A DNA stretch of 64,000 nucleotides. Source: Candidatus Cloacimonadota bacterium (GTDB taxonomy: Bacteria; Cloacimonadota; Cloacimonadia; JGIOTU-2). Shown piece after piece: positions 17,596 to 27,844 of the stretch. Under the pieces are notes generated by a model. That model did not search any database. It saw nothing but the letters and a program-made list of their open reading frames with translations, and was not told the DNA's origin. Every line of letters starts with the position of its first letter. Position 1 is the stretch's first letter. A program made the position numbers and the translations under genes. The stretch spans positions 96,001 through 160,000 of the forward strand of contig JBNGBT010000004.1 in NCBI GenBank assembly GCA_049903315.1. The letters are read 5' to 3'.

Positions 17596-18564
17596 TTAAA
17601 GCAGTTCCTTTATCTGAGGTAAAATATTTTTTATTCTGAGTCCTGTAAATGTGTGAACAATGTGGGTCCTGTTTTTAGTAGTTTCGCAATGATGCCGTCG
17701 CTCATGAGGGACAAGAATACTGAAAGTACGAAGATGTGTGTAACGCAGAAAATGCAGCAAATGAGTATTTGGTGAGATGAAGAGCGTACAGGATTTAAGG
17801 ACATCGAGTGCCTGCTCGTGGCTTACAATGAGCTGAAAATCCGGTTTGGTTTTGCATTTATTAAATACAAGCTTATCATAATACCGCGCATCCCAATCTA
17901 TGAGAACAACGTCATAATTATAATTTTTTTGGATCGCAGCAACAAGTGAATGAACGTGTTTTTTGAGGAAGCGTGTTCCATGAATGCCGGGAGAAATATC
18001 GATGAAGACGGTCTCTTTTCCTGCTGATTCAATACCTTTTGCTGCCAGGAAATTATACCTGCGAATGTATGAATCCCATTTTTCTGAAGTACCTGCAAGC
18101 TGCAAAGCAAAGGAGAAAAACTGGTAATAATACGATTGCAGGTCATTCACGGAAATAATGCAATTCAAAAACTTTATATCACTGAAAGAACTCATGCCTG
18201 CTATCACAGCATTTCGTGCCAATTTCAAATATGACTTTGTTTCTTTAGGAATTTTTCGTGCCAGAAACACAATAAGCTCACATGATTCAATTTCTTGTCC
18301 TGCTCCCAGTTCTGTAAAATCTATAAAGGAAAAATCCATTTCCGGGTAGAGTTGCTCAATGAATAATTTCCACTCTTTTTTATAAACCACAACGAGTGTG
18401 TTTTTATAGGATTGAAGCAGAATGCCAAGCCCCCAGAGGGATTCCAGAAACTCAACAAAGTCATCAGAACACATGATCATCACTGAAGATGGCTCGGAGA
18501 TCTTTTGGCTGAAATTATGAGCAGGTTTTTCTTTCTTCGAATGTGCGCGAGACAGGATTGACAT
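17596..18564 (-). CDS. Divergent glycosyltransferase family 9 (heptosyltransferase)-like protein
   Basis: VFIDISPG...RF and CTLFISPNTHLLH resemble GT9 xxxPGxxxxxKxW and DLFIxxDTGxxH; starts 2 nt after the kinase stop. Confidence 0.5.
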   Translation of the reverse strand: MSILSRAHSKKEKPAHNFSQKISEPSSVMIMCSDDFVEFLESLWGLGILLQSYKNTLVVVYKKEWKLFIEQLYPEMDFSFIDFTELGAGQEIESCELIVFLARKIPKETKSYLKLARNAVIAGMSSFSDIKFLNCIISVNDLQSYYYQFFSFALQLAGTSEKWDSYIRRYNFLAAKGIESAGKETVFIDISPGIHGTRFLKKHVHSLVAAIQKNYNYDVVLIDWDARYYDKLVFNKCKTKPDFQLIVSHEQALDVLKSCTLFISPNTHLLHFLRYTHLRTFSILVPHERRHHCETTKNRTHIVHTFTGLRIKNILPQIKELL

Positions 18565-18565
18565 G

Positions 18566-21500
18566 CTATTTCTCACCTTTCTTTTTACGTGTTTTCTTTG
18601 CAAACGGCAGGGAAATGAAGAATGTCGAACCTTCGCCTTTAACGCTTTTTACCCACATTTTTCCTCCGTAATGCTCGACAATGGTTTTTGTGATAGGAAG
18701 CCCCAGCCCGAGTCCGGAAGATTTGAATTCTGTCACACCCGAATGGTGCGCCTTGATATCTGCAACTTCATAGAATTCACGGAAAATATTATCCAATTCA
18801 TATGATGGAATGCCGATGCCGTTATCTTTTATATAGATGATGAGGGACTCTTTTTCGTCTGCCTCTTCTTTGCGAAACCTGGATTTACGTGCTCCGATTG
18901 TAATTTCACCATAATCATCTGTGTATTTGATCGCATTGAGTACAAGGTTTTTTACACCATTTATAAGAGTGATGCGTTCTCCTCTTATTGGTTTGAGTCC
19001 CGGGGCAATTTTCAGCACGAGCTTTTGCTTGCGTGATTTGGCAAGAGCAAGAGTTTCTTCATACACGATTTTCAGGATATCTTCAGGTTCGATCAGTTCT
19101 TTTTCAAACTGAATTCCTCTTGTTTCAAGTGCATTCATTTGCAGGATGTTATTAATGGCATGGAGAAGACGATCAACATTTCTTTCCATGATATTCATTG
19201 TATTTTGGCGAACATTTTCCGGAGTCTCAGGGTCTTTCAGGATCGAGATGTAGCCCTTCAACGTCTGAATAGGAGTGTTAAATTCGTGAGAGGAGATATT
19301 AATGAACTGTGCGCGTTCCTGGTCTATCTTGAGTAATTCCTGGTTGGCAATACTGAGTTTTTCAAAATCAATGGAATTTTTGATAGCGGTCTCTGCCATA
19401 AGAATGAATATCTCAAGAAGTTTCTCGTTAAAACGAATGACCTTGTTCGCACTCGTCAGGTTATCGAGATAGAGAAATCCAAAAATCTCATTATGCATAT
19501 TCAGGGGAGAGCAATATACAGAACGGAGATCGTGCCGCTGTATGCTTTCAGAGTCAGCAAAGCGCTGGTCCTCAACTGCGTCAAAAGTGCTCATGGCAAC
19601 CTTTGATTCATACGCGTCTTTCAGCACTGTTTTACTGATCTTAAGATTGTCTTTATCTATCTTTTCGCCGGTACTCAGGAGAGCAACGTTGAAAACGAAA
19701 TTCTTGTTTTCATCCAGGTTTATAAAGAAGCCGCGTTCCGCTCCGGAAAGTCGTATCGCATTAAGAGTTATCTGTTTTTTCAGCTCATCCAGGTTCATGA
19801 TCTGGAGTATATCTCTGCTGATGGTGATAAGATTGGAAAGCTGCTCGCGTTGCTCGAGGACTTCTTCATATTCACCGATCTTTTTCAAAATAATAGTAAG
19901 ATAGAAACCGGACAGGTTGATAATGAGTTTCTCTGATTTAGTGAACGGATACTCACCTCTGTCTGCCAGAATGACGATGCCTTCGAGCTCATTTTTCAGT
20001 TTCAAAGGAACTAAACAGAAATGCTGTCCTTTTACCGTATAGTATTGACATTCCAGATCAGCCCGTAGTTTTTCAAAATGGCTTTGATGTGTGCTGGTAA
20101 GCTCTGTCCTGGCGAGTTTATTATTTACCCAGAATTCACCTTCGGAATCTTTATTTGCATAGAGTATAATCCCGAATTTATCTATGCCAATCACATCAAG
20201 AATATACTTTTTCAGATAAAACCTGATTTGCTGAACACTTGAGAGATGTAACAGATCAAAGAAGTAATGCTGCAATTTCGAGGGAGATACATTAATTCTG
20301 GCTTCGATGATCTGCCGTAATACAGAGCTGGAATGAAGGGCTTCATAGTGGAATATTGCCTTCATTCTTTGCTGATCATCCTCGGATAAACCGCGCAGCA
20401 CAACATCAAGTTTGCGATTATAACTATGCCGATATTTATATTCCAGAACTTTAAGATGCAAGGTTCGGTAAATAAGCGTTATGAGGATCAGACTTTCACA
20501 CTGGAGACCCCAATCCTTCATTTTTTTTGCAACAGTTTCAGCTTTGAGAAGTTTGCGAATGATAGTCCTGAGGTTCATATCTGCTTTTCTGAGCAATATC
20601 TTGGCTTCGAGAACCCGTGCATAATTATCCCATCGCAAGAATTCATTTTTAACAGCCAGCGCTCTTGCCTGTTCGCAGAGAATTTCTGCCTGCTTATAAT
20701 CCTTTGCTATGTAATATGTATCTGCAATATTGAGGTAGGACATTGTCAGGGCATATTCATTCTGATTCTTCTTTGCAAGTGTTCCGGCTTTTTTAAAATT
20801 AGTTATTGCGAGAGAGTACTTTTTATCACCGCGTGCCACCCAGCCATGCAGTTGATACATGAATTCCATTTCAAGAGATGTGTCGATCTTCTCTTTTTTG
20901 ATTTGTTTAATTATGGAGTTCAGTTCCGTATAATTTCGAGAAATGACAAGCCAGAAACAGTAATTTTTTAGATATGAGTTAATGTTGCCGATTGAGTTAT
21001 TCTTAAAAAAATTATCATAACGAGTGTGCAAATACGAGAGGAATTTCGCAGGAACAAGAATGCGGAGTTTTAGAAAAGATGAGCGGTTGTATATTTTACT
21101 GATGAGGTTTGTGTCATTGAGTTCTTTTGCTATATCAAGGGCTGTGTTAAAATGTTTTTCAGCTTCGCGGAAATCTCCTAATTTGAATCTTGTTTGTGCA
21201 ATGTTCAGGTTAACTTCTGCCATGCCCGGAGCAAAATTTATTTTCTGAAAATACGAAAGCGCTTCCAGGGATTTATCCAATCCCGAACGGAGCATGCCCT
21301 GTTTCATATTAAGAAATCCCCAGTGAGAGAGGACATTCGCAACATTTAGGATATCACCCTCTTTCAATCCTACCGAAACAGCATCTTCATAATGCCGTAT
21401 CGCGTTTTTCACCTTATTGAGAATATTATATGAGTCTCCGAGAACTTTCAGAATACGACCAAGCCGTATAAAGGCTTCGTTGACTTTAGCAATTTTTTTT

Positions 21501-24067
21501 GCTTTTTTCAGTTCTTCAATTGCACTTTCATACGCACCGATCGCATAATAATAATCTCCGCTGAACAAATAGAAATTAATTTTCTGAAAAGGAGTCAGTT
21601 TTTTTTCTGAGAGGACCTGGATTGCGTGATGTGCCTTATCCTCTTCATGAGAGAAATTATGAAGCTCCAATCGTGCAAGAAGCAGTTCATTTTCATCATA
21701 AGAAAATTTTGATCTCTCGAGCGCAATGAGATTTTTCTCGGCGCTTGCAAAATCTCTGCACGCCATTTTATAGCGCGCATTGAGGAGCAACAGTTGTGGG
21801 TCATTTTTAATGAAGTGCGAATATTGCTGACAGCAAATTTCCGAAATATCGCATTTCTTGAGTAAAATACCAAGGGTGAACAATACCTTTAAGTAATCCT
21901 GTATAGTGTCGGATTGCAATTTGTCCTTGATTTCGTTGATTTTCAGCAACCCTTGATAACAGGAACTCCACGCTTTAATAATATCTTTATTCTCCATATA
22001 GGTAGTCGTTTTAAGAAGATGATAATGAATTTCCGATTCATAATCCTTTGCAAGCTCACAATGGCCAATAATGCCATTGATAATGGCTGGTATGGTCACC
22101 TGCATTGTTTTAAAATATTGTATCACTTCCAACGAAATCTTCTTTTTCTTTGCTGTACTCATCCTCTTGGATAGTGCGGATTTGAGAGCGGGATAAACAA
22201 ATTTGTAATATCCGTCATCAATATAATCTTCATTTTTTACCAGGATGTCGAGTGCTTCAACATTCTGCATGAAGAAAAACAGGTCCTTTGAATCGGAAAA
22301 ATGGAGAATAGTCTGAATGATATTTGTAGAAAGGGGAACCTGCAATATTGAAAGCTGAGCGAGCATATCTTTGATATTTTCCGGAATGAGTGCGATCTTC
22401 TCTTCAATTGCTTTCAGCATTTTTTTCGGGAGTTCAACTTCAAGGATATCAACATCAAAATGCCAACTGCCTTTTTCATCATGGATGATCTTTTTCTCAA
22501 TCAGATTACCGATGAGTTCAAGGATAAAGCGCTGGTTGCCATTTGTGATCATATACACCTGATTGAGAAAATCCTCAGGACAATCTTCTCCCAGGATTTC
22601 ACGGATAAATTGAAAGGATTCCGATCGTGAGAGGGGCTCAATATGGATCTTATTAGTGATCTCTGAAATATCAACAACATACGGATTATATGAACTGACA
22701 ATTATTGCAATGGGATACTTGGGAAGATCAGAAGAAATGTATTGGAGAAAATTTATTGTGGATTCGTGGACTTCTTCAATATTAGTGATGAAATACACGA
22801 TAGGTTTCGTGGATGAAAAACAGAACATATAGTCCTTTGCCAGCTCAAAATCTCTCATGAGGTCAGACTCATCCTCAATGATCTTGAGGGATTTTTCTTC
22901 TGAGTTAAAAAGGAATTCACAAAATTTATTTGAGGCGGATTCTTGAAAGAAGTGTTTACCCTTCTCATCCTGAGATAGAAATATTTCTTTGCATAACATG
23001 AAGAATGGATCACGGTGCTGTGAATCGCAATTATAATAGAACACATGGTAATCCTCTGAAAGAAGATACCATTTGATATATTGCATAAGACTTGTCTTAC
23101 CAACACCCTTTTCTCCGGTCACAAAGATGATCTCACCTTTCTGGTTTTTCACTTCATTTATCTGGTCGCGCAGAGTGATAATATCTGCATCCCGAAAATG
23201 AAATTGCTTTGATTCGATCTGTTTTACAAGCGGCGGTTCTATGGTAAGAGGATATTTTTTTTCCTGCATCTCATTGATGTAGTGTATGATTTCCTGTGAT
23301 TTACCAATGCGCAACCCGGGATTGAATTCAATAAGATGAAAGATAAGATCTTCGAGTTTTTTATCGACTGCCGGATTTATTTTTGAGGGGAATTGAGGAA
23401 TAATATTTGGGATTTTCTTTTCAGACATCAGCTTGATCTCTTCCCTGGAATAAGGGAAAGTACCCACAGAAAGGTAGTACATGATAACGCCCAAAGCGTA
23501 GAAATCACTCTTTGGAGAGAAGTACGAGCCCTGTAAAAGTTCCGGCGCAATATACGGCAGACTTATCACTTCGCTTTCCGGATATGCCTCTGTTTGGGAA
23601 ATGATCTTGTTGAAGCCGTAATCGCATACTTTAACATTGATCTCATCATTTATTTTTTTATAAAGAACATTTTCAAGTTTCATATCTTTATGAATGATAT
23701 TATGTGTGTGAAGGTGGTTCAGCGCATAGCAGATCTGAGTAATAAGCTCAAAAAAATCCGGTTTATTCTTATTGGTCAGATGAAAATTTTGCAAACCTTT
23801 GCTTTTATAGAATTCTGAAAGAAGATAGAGACTGTCTTGGTAAATGCCGTAATCATATATCTTTATCAGATTAGGATGGGACATTTTAGTGATCTCGCGC
23901 ATCACCTTTGGCTTCATTTTCTCACGAATGTCCTCGATTGGTATCTTATCAAATAATTTGATTGCAAATATAGTATTTGTGGCGATATCTTCCACTTGGT
24001 ATACTGTGCCGAAACTGCCAGTTCCAATCTTTTCCTTAAACTCATAATGCAACGCGATCAAACTCAT
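18566..24067 (-). CDS. Giant hybrid Ser/Thr kinase - P-loop (STAND/AAA-like) ATPase - TPR - GAF - histidine kinase
   Basis: IGTGSFGTVY/AIK/HKDMKLEN/DYG/APE kinase; GEKGVGKT Walker A; TPR helices; GAF (LSGAERG...RSVYCSPL...GFLYLDN); SHEFNTP, NAIKYT, DNGIGI, GLGLGL; ATG 24067 with AGGAG RBS. Confidence 0.9.
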   Translation of the reverse strand: MSLIALHYEFKEKIGTGSFGTVYQVEDIATNTIFAIKLFDKIPIEDIREKMKPKVMREITKMSHPNLIKIYDYGIYQDSLYLLSEFYKSKGLQNFHLTNKNKPDFFELITQICYALNHLHTHNIIHKDMKLENVLYKKINDEINVKVCDYGFNKIISQTEAYPESEVISLPYIAPELLQGSYFSPKSDFYALGVIMYYLSVGTFPYSREEIKLMSEKKIPNIIPQFPSKINPAVDKKLEDLIFHLIEFNPGLRIGKSQEIIHYINEMQEKKYPLTIEPPLVKQIESKQFHFRDADIITLRDQINEVKNQKGEIIFVTGEKGVGKTSLMQYIKWYLLSEDYHVFYYNCDSQHRDPFFMLCKEIFLSQDEKGKHFFQESASNKFCEFLFNSEEKSLKIIEDESDLMRDFELAKDYMFCFSSTKPIVYFITNIEEVHESTINFLQYISSDLPKYPIAIIVSSYNPYVVDISEITNKIHIEPLSRSESFQFIREILGEDCPEDFLNQVYMITNGNQRFILELIGNLIEKKIIHDEKGSWHFDVDILEVELPKKMLKAIEEKIALIPENIKDMLAQLSILQVPLSTNIIQTILHFSDSKDLFFFMQNVEALDILVKNEDYIDDGYYKFVYPALKSALSKRMSTAKKKKISLEVIQYFKTMQVTIPAIINGIIGHCELAKDYESEIHYHLLKTTTYMENKDIIKAWSSCYQGLLKINEIKDKLQSDTIQDYLKVLFTLGILLKKCDISEICCQQYSHFIKNDPQLLLLNARYKMACRDFASAEKNLIALERSKFSYDENELLLARLELHNFSHEEDKAHHAIQVLSEKKLTPFQKINFYLFSGDYYYAIGAYESAIEELKKAKKIAKVNEAFIRLGRILKVLGDSYNILNKVKNAIRHYEDAVSVGLKEGDILNVANVLSHWGFLNMKQGMLRSGLDKSLEALSYFQKINFAPGMAEVNLNIAQTRFKLGDFREAEKHFNTALDIAKELNDTNLISKIYNRSSFLKLRILVPAKFLSYLHTRYDNFFKNNSIGNINSYLKNYCFWLVISRNYTELNSIIKQIKKEKIDTSLEMEFMYQLHGWVARGDKKYSLAITNFKKAGTLAKKNQNEYALTMSYLNIADTYYIAKDYKQAEILCEQARALAVKNEFLRWDNYARVLEAKILLRKADMNLRTIIRKLLKAETVAKKMKDWGLQCESLILITLIYRTLHLKVLEYKYRHSYNRKLDVVLRGLSEDDQQRMKAIFHYEALHSSSVLRQIIEARINVSPSKLQHYFFDLLHLSSVQQIRFYLKKYILDVIGIDKFGIILYANKDSEGEFWVNNKLARTELTSTHQSHFEKLRADLECQYYTVKGQHFCLVPLKLKNELEGIVILADRGEYPFTKSEKLIINLSGFYLTIILKKIGEYEEVLEQREQLSNLITISRDILQIMNLDELKKQITLNAIRLSGAERGFFINLDENKNFVFNVALLSTGEKIDKDNLKISKTVLKDAYESKVAMSTFDAVEDQRFADSESIQRHDLRSVYCSPLNMHNEIFGFLYLDNLTSANKVIRFNEKLLEIFILMAETAIKNSIDFEKLSIANQELLKIDQERAQFINISSHEFNTPIQTLKGYISILKDPETPENVRQNTMNIMERNVDRLLHAINNILQMNALETRGIQFEKELIEPEDILKIVYEETLALAKSRKQKLVLKIAPGLKPIRGERITLINGVKNLVLNAIKYTDDYGEITIGARKSRFRKEEADEKESLIIYIKDNGIGIPSYELDNIFREFYEVADIKAHHSGVTEFKSSGLGLGLPITKTIVEHYGGKMWVKSVKGEGSTFFISLPFAKKTRKKKGEK

Positions 24068-24260
24068 GAAAACTCCTGAGTCATACAAAATTTACTTAAT
24101 TTATATTCTGATTTTCTTAAAAAACATTTGACCGTTGGCATAATAAACTGTCAACAATTAGCGTATGATAGATGGGGTGAATGAGAAACCAGTTTGAAAT
24201 AAATTTGACAAACCTACCCCATAAAAAGAATTTTACTACCAATATGATAAAGGGAACTAC

Positions 24261-25193
24261 ATGAAAAAAATATTTTTATTAGTGATGTGTTTCACTCTGA
24301 CGAGTAGCCTTTTCGCAGTCAGCAATGATGCGGGGACTACTGCTTTTAATTTCCTCAATATTCCGATGGGAGCGCGCGGAGCAGGAATGGGAAATACGTT
24401 TACTGCAATTGCAGATGATGCCCTTGCACCTTTCTGGAATCCTGCCGGTCTGCCGAATGTTCGCCAGCGTCTTCTTCAAATCACCTACATGAATTATTTT
24501 GCAGGGTACAATGGAGGAGCAGTAAGTTATACCATGCCTCTTAATGAAGGAACAACTGTTGCAGTTTTCTCGAAATTCATTGGAGTCGGAGGTATTCCTA
24601 AAACAGGCATCGATGAAAATCAGAATCTCATTGATCTGGGAACTTTTGGTTCTTACGATGTGATGCTTGGAGCGTCCTTCGGAAAATATCTCTCAGATAT
24701 TCTCAACTGGGGAGTCAATATCAAGATCATTTCCGAAACAATAGATGAGTATTCGTCACAGGCAGTTGCAGCTGATGTGTGTCTGCTCCATCAATCTCCA
24801 AACCCGCGCCTGAAGATAGGGCTTGCTGCAAAAAACCTCGGTATGCAGCTTTCCAAATTTGATCAGGAAAAGGAAAAATTGCCCTTAACCTTTTCAATGG
24901 GACTGGCTTACAAGATCAATACAGGCGTGATCGCACTGGATATTCACAAGCCCATGCACACGAATTTCTACGGCACAATCGGAATAGAAACGACCATTCA
25001 GGATAAATTCATTGTTCGTGCCGGTTATCGCTCCAATGCGTCAGACTGGAATGTCGGCTCAGGTATTGATTTTCTCTCAGGGATTTCTGCTGGAGTAGGT
25101 TTCAACTGGAAAGATTATAAGTTTGATTATGCCGTGAACTCATACGGGGAATTAGGTTTTATTCATCAACTTTCTGTAGGATACCATTTCTAA
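24261..25193 (+). CDS. PorV/PorQ-family outer-membrane beta-barrel protein
   Basis: Signal peptide, FLNIPMGARGAGMG..FTAIADD....WNPAGL, C-terminal aromatic strand ending in F. Confidence 0.85.
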   Translation: MKKIFLLVMCFTLTSSLFAVSNDAGTTAFNFLNIPMGARGAGMGNTFTAIADDALAPFWNPAGLPNVRQRLLQITYMNYFAGYNGGAVSYTMPLNEGTTVAVFSKFIGVGGIPKTGIDENQNLIDLGTFGSYDVMLGASFGKYLSDILNWGVNIKIISETIDEYSSQAVAADVCLLHQSPNPRLKIGLAAKNLGMQLSKFDQEKEKLPLTFSMGLAYKINTGVIALDIHKPMHTNFYGTIGIETTIQDKFIVRAGYRSNASDWNVGSGIDFLSGISAGVGFNWKDYKFDYAVNSYGELGFIHQLSVGYHF

Positions 25194-25199
25194 AAATAT

Positions 25200-25646
25200 A
25201 TGAACCTTCAAAACGACACACCTGCTGATGTGGGAACAGTTGTCGATATACAAAACGGTCTTGCGATCGTTGAATATTCTCGCTCCGATGCCTGCAATAC
25301 CTGCAGACTCAAAGCATTTTGTTTTCAAAAAGGAGGAGACAGCTCCACACTAACCATGAAAAATGAACTCAATGTAAAAAAGGGTGATAAAGTACAATTT
25401 GAGATCAGTCCTCAGATACGAATCCTCAGCTCATTCCTCGTATTTATTCTTCCGATTATTTTTATGATCGGTTCATATTTTTTATGCAAAAGTGCGATCG
25501 GGCTTTCTGAAAATATTTCGATAATTGTATCTCTCGTTTCTATCGTAATTGCTTTTATTGTGGTAAAAATAATTGATGGGCAGATAAAAAAGAAAGCGAT
25601 GATACAACCCAAAATGGTTGCGATTCTCAGCCAGGAAAGTATATAG
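25200..25646 (+). CDS. SoxR-reducing system RseC/MucC family protein
   Basis: G.VV......A.V...R..AC..C....C; KGD.V..E; two TM helices. Confidence 0.8.
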   Translation: MNLQNDTPADVGTVVDIQNGLAIVEYSRSDACNTCRLKAFCFQKGGDSSTLTMKNELNVKKGDKVQFEISPQIRILSSFLVFILPIIFMIGSYFLCKSAIGLSENISIIVSLVSIVIAFIVVKIIDGQIKKKAMIQPKMVAILSQESI

Positions 25647-25664
25647 AGTCGTTAAGGAGATAGT

Positions 25665-26033
25665 ATGAACATTACTTTAAAAAACATGATCTTTTACGGG
25701 TATCATGGACTTCACGAAGCAGAGAGAACTCTCGGGCAGCGTTTTGCTATCGATGTAACTGTTTCAAGTGATCCCGAACTGGATGCAAAAGTGAAAGTCC
25801 TTCAAGATACTATTGACTACACACAGATATTTGAAGTGGTAAAAGAACATGTGGAAAATTATAAATATCATCTTCTTGAAAAACTCGCAAATGAAATCAT
25901 TACCGCAATTCTCAATGATTTTATACTAGTTCAAAATGTTTCTTTAAAAGTACGTAAAATAGCAGTACCTATCAATGGTACGCTTGATTATGTCGAGCTT
26001 GAAATGCACAGAGATCGAGAAAATAAGGAGTAG
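25665..26033 (+). CDS. folB: Dihydroneopterin aldolase
   Basis: FYGYHG..EAER.LGQRF.ID, TIDY, LLEKLA, VRK. Confidence 0.95.
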   Translation: MNITLKNMIFYGYHGLHEAERTLGQRFAIDVTVSSDPELDAKVKVLQDTIDYTQIFEVVKEHVENYKYHLLEKLANEIITAILNDFILVQNVSLKVRKIAVPINGTLDYVELEMHRDRENKE

Positions 26034-26056
26034 CTTTCGAAAATATTTTTATTAGT

Positions 26057-26491
26057 TTGGGTTCGAATCTTGGGAATAAGAGACAGTATATCGAATCAGC
26101 TATAGCAGCTATACAAGATGAAAAAAAAATATCAATGATACGCATGTCTTCAATCATAGAAACCATACCTGTCGGAAACATTCATCAGCCCGATTTTCTC
26201 AATTGCATTGTTCAATGTGAATCTGAGCTGAATCCTTCCGAACTTATGCAAACACTTTTACGCATAGAGAGAAAACTTGGTAGAGAACGTAGAGAAAAGT
26301 GGGGACCTCGCACGATCGATTGTGATATATTGTTTATTAATGATGAAATAATCGATGCCGATGAACTGAAGATCCCACATCCCGAGATAATGAATCGACC
26401 CTTTATTTTGAAGCTAATGAATGAATTAGCACCGGAATTTATCCATCCAAAACTAAATAAATCAATGGAACAACTTTATGAGTATAATTAA
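26057..26491 (+). CDS. folK: 2-amino-4-hydroxy-6-hydroxymethyldihydropteridine diphosphokinase (true start uncertain, probably a few codons upstream)
   Basis: LGSNLG, SS.IET.P.G...Q.DFLN, IE..LGR.R..KWGPRTIDCDIL, IPHP...RPF. Confidence 0.92.
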   Translation: MGSNLGNKRQYIESAIAAIQDEKKISMIRMSSIIETIPVGNIHQPDFLNCIVQCESELNPSELMQTLLRIERKLGRERREKWGPRTIDCDILFINDEIIDADELKIPHPEIMNRPFILKLMNELAPEFIHPKLNKSMEQLYEYN

Positions 26492-27095
26492 GAATAAGTA
26501 TATTGCAGTCGAGGGAGTAATAGGTGTGGGGAAGACTACATTGGCAAAATTGCTGGCAGAAAAGTTTGAAGCGCAACTCATACTTGAAGTCGTAGAAGAG
26601 AATCCATTTCTTTTAGAATTCTATGATGACATTGCAGGGAAGGCATTTCAAACCCAAATGTTTTTTCTGCTCAGCAGATACCGCCAGATGAAAAAATATT
26701 TCCAGATTGATGCCTTCCAGTCCAATATTATAAGCGACTACATGTTCATGAAAGACAGTATTTTTGCTGATCTCACCCTCAATGATGCAGAGCTGGCGAT
26801 GTATAAAGCTTTATTCACTATTCTCAATGACAAACTTGTTCAACCTGATCTCATCATCTACCTTTATGCTGATCTCGAACGTATCATAGACAGGATACAT
26901 TACAGGAATCGCTCGTTTGAGAACAACCTACAGCCCGAATATCTTGCAAACCTTGCAGTTGCGTATGACAAGTATATTTCGACTCATACCGGATGCCCGA
27001 TTATCAAGGTCGATACCAACAATATTAACTTTGTGAAGTCCCCTAAACAATTTGACAAATTACTGGTTGACATAAAAAAGGTGCTCCAAGATTGA
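26478..27095 (+). CDS. Deoxynucleoside kinase
   Basis: IAVEGVIGVGKTT, ENPFL..FY, FQTQMFFLLSR, PDLIIYL, RI..RNR.FE. Confidence 0.92.
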   Translation: MSIIKNKYIAVEGVIGVGKTTLAKLLAEKFEAQLILEVVEENPFLLEFYDDIAGKAFQTQMFFLLSRYRQMKKYFQIDAFQSNIISDYMFMKDSIFADLTLNDAELAMYKALFTILNDKLVQPDLIIYLYADLERIIDRIHYRNRSFENNLQPEYLANLAVAYDKYISTHTGCPIIKVDTNNINFVKSPKQFDKLLVDIKKVLQD

Positions 27096-27100
27096 GTCCT

Positions 27101-27844
27101 ATGAAAAGTAAAATTTCAATTATCATTTTGGCAGCAGGCAAAGGCGTTCGCATGAAATCGGACTTGCCGAAAGTAGCCCATTTGCTCGCAGGTAAGTCAC
27201 TTGTCGGGCGGGTAGTGACTACTGCTGAACACTTCAAACCAGAGAAGATTATTGTTGTAGTTGGTTACAAAAAAGATGTCGTGATTGATTGCCTTTCTGA
27301 GTTTGATAACATTGCTTTCGTGGAGCAGAATGAGCAACTTGGGACAGGTCACGCAGTATATGTCACAAGAGAGAATTTTAAAGATTTTGATGGCATTGTT
27401 ATAATCTTACCTGGAGATGTACCACTTTTAAGGGAAAAGACATTAGAAAATCTTTTAAAAATTCATGAAGAAAAACAAGCTTCGGCAACTGTACTTACTG
27501 TTGATCTGGATGATCCAACCGGTTATGGACGCATCGTTCGAAATAAAGCCGGATATGTTGAGAAGATAGTCGAGCATAAGGATGCATCGGAAGAAGTTCG
27601 AAAAATCAAGGAGATAAATACCGGTATTTTTTGTTTTGATTCCCATGAACTATTCTCCGTGTTGCCAAAGATCGGACAGGAGAATTCGCAGAATGAAATG
27701 TACCTTACTGATGCGCTGGAACTTCTTAGAAATGAAGGCAAACCAGTCGCAGCTATCAAAGTCAAAGATCCGATCGAAGTTGCAGGTATCAACTCAAAAG
27801 AACAACTGCAGGAACTGGAAGCTCAGTATCTTGCCCAGAAATAA
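27101..27844 (+). CDS. glmU: UDP-GlcNAc pyrophosphorylase (GlmU N-terminal domain only)
   Basis: ILAAGKGVRMKSDLPKV, Q.EQLGTGHA, GDVP, PTGYGRIVR, EINTG, EMYLTD, GIN; ends at ~247 aa with no hexapeptide acetyltransferase domain. Confidence 0.8.
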   Translation: MKSKISIIILAAGKGVRMKSDLPKVAHLLAGKSLVGRVVTTAEHFKPEKIIVVVGYKKDVVIDCLSEFDNIAFVEQNEQLGTGHAVYVTRENFKDFDGIVIILPGDVPLLREKTLENLLKIHEEKQASATVLTVDLDDPTGYGRIVRNKAGYVEKIVEHKDASEEVRKIKEINTGIFCFDSHELFSVLPKIGQENSQNEMYLTDALELLRNEGKPVAAIKVKDPIEVAGINSKEQLQELEAQYLAQK

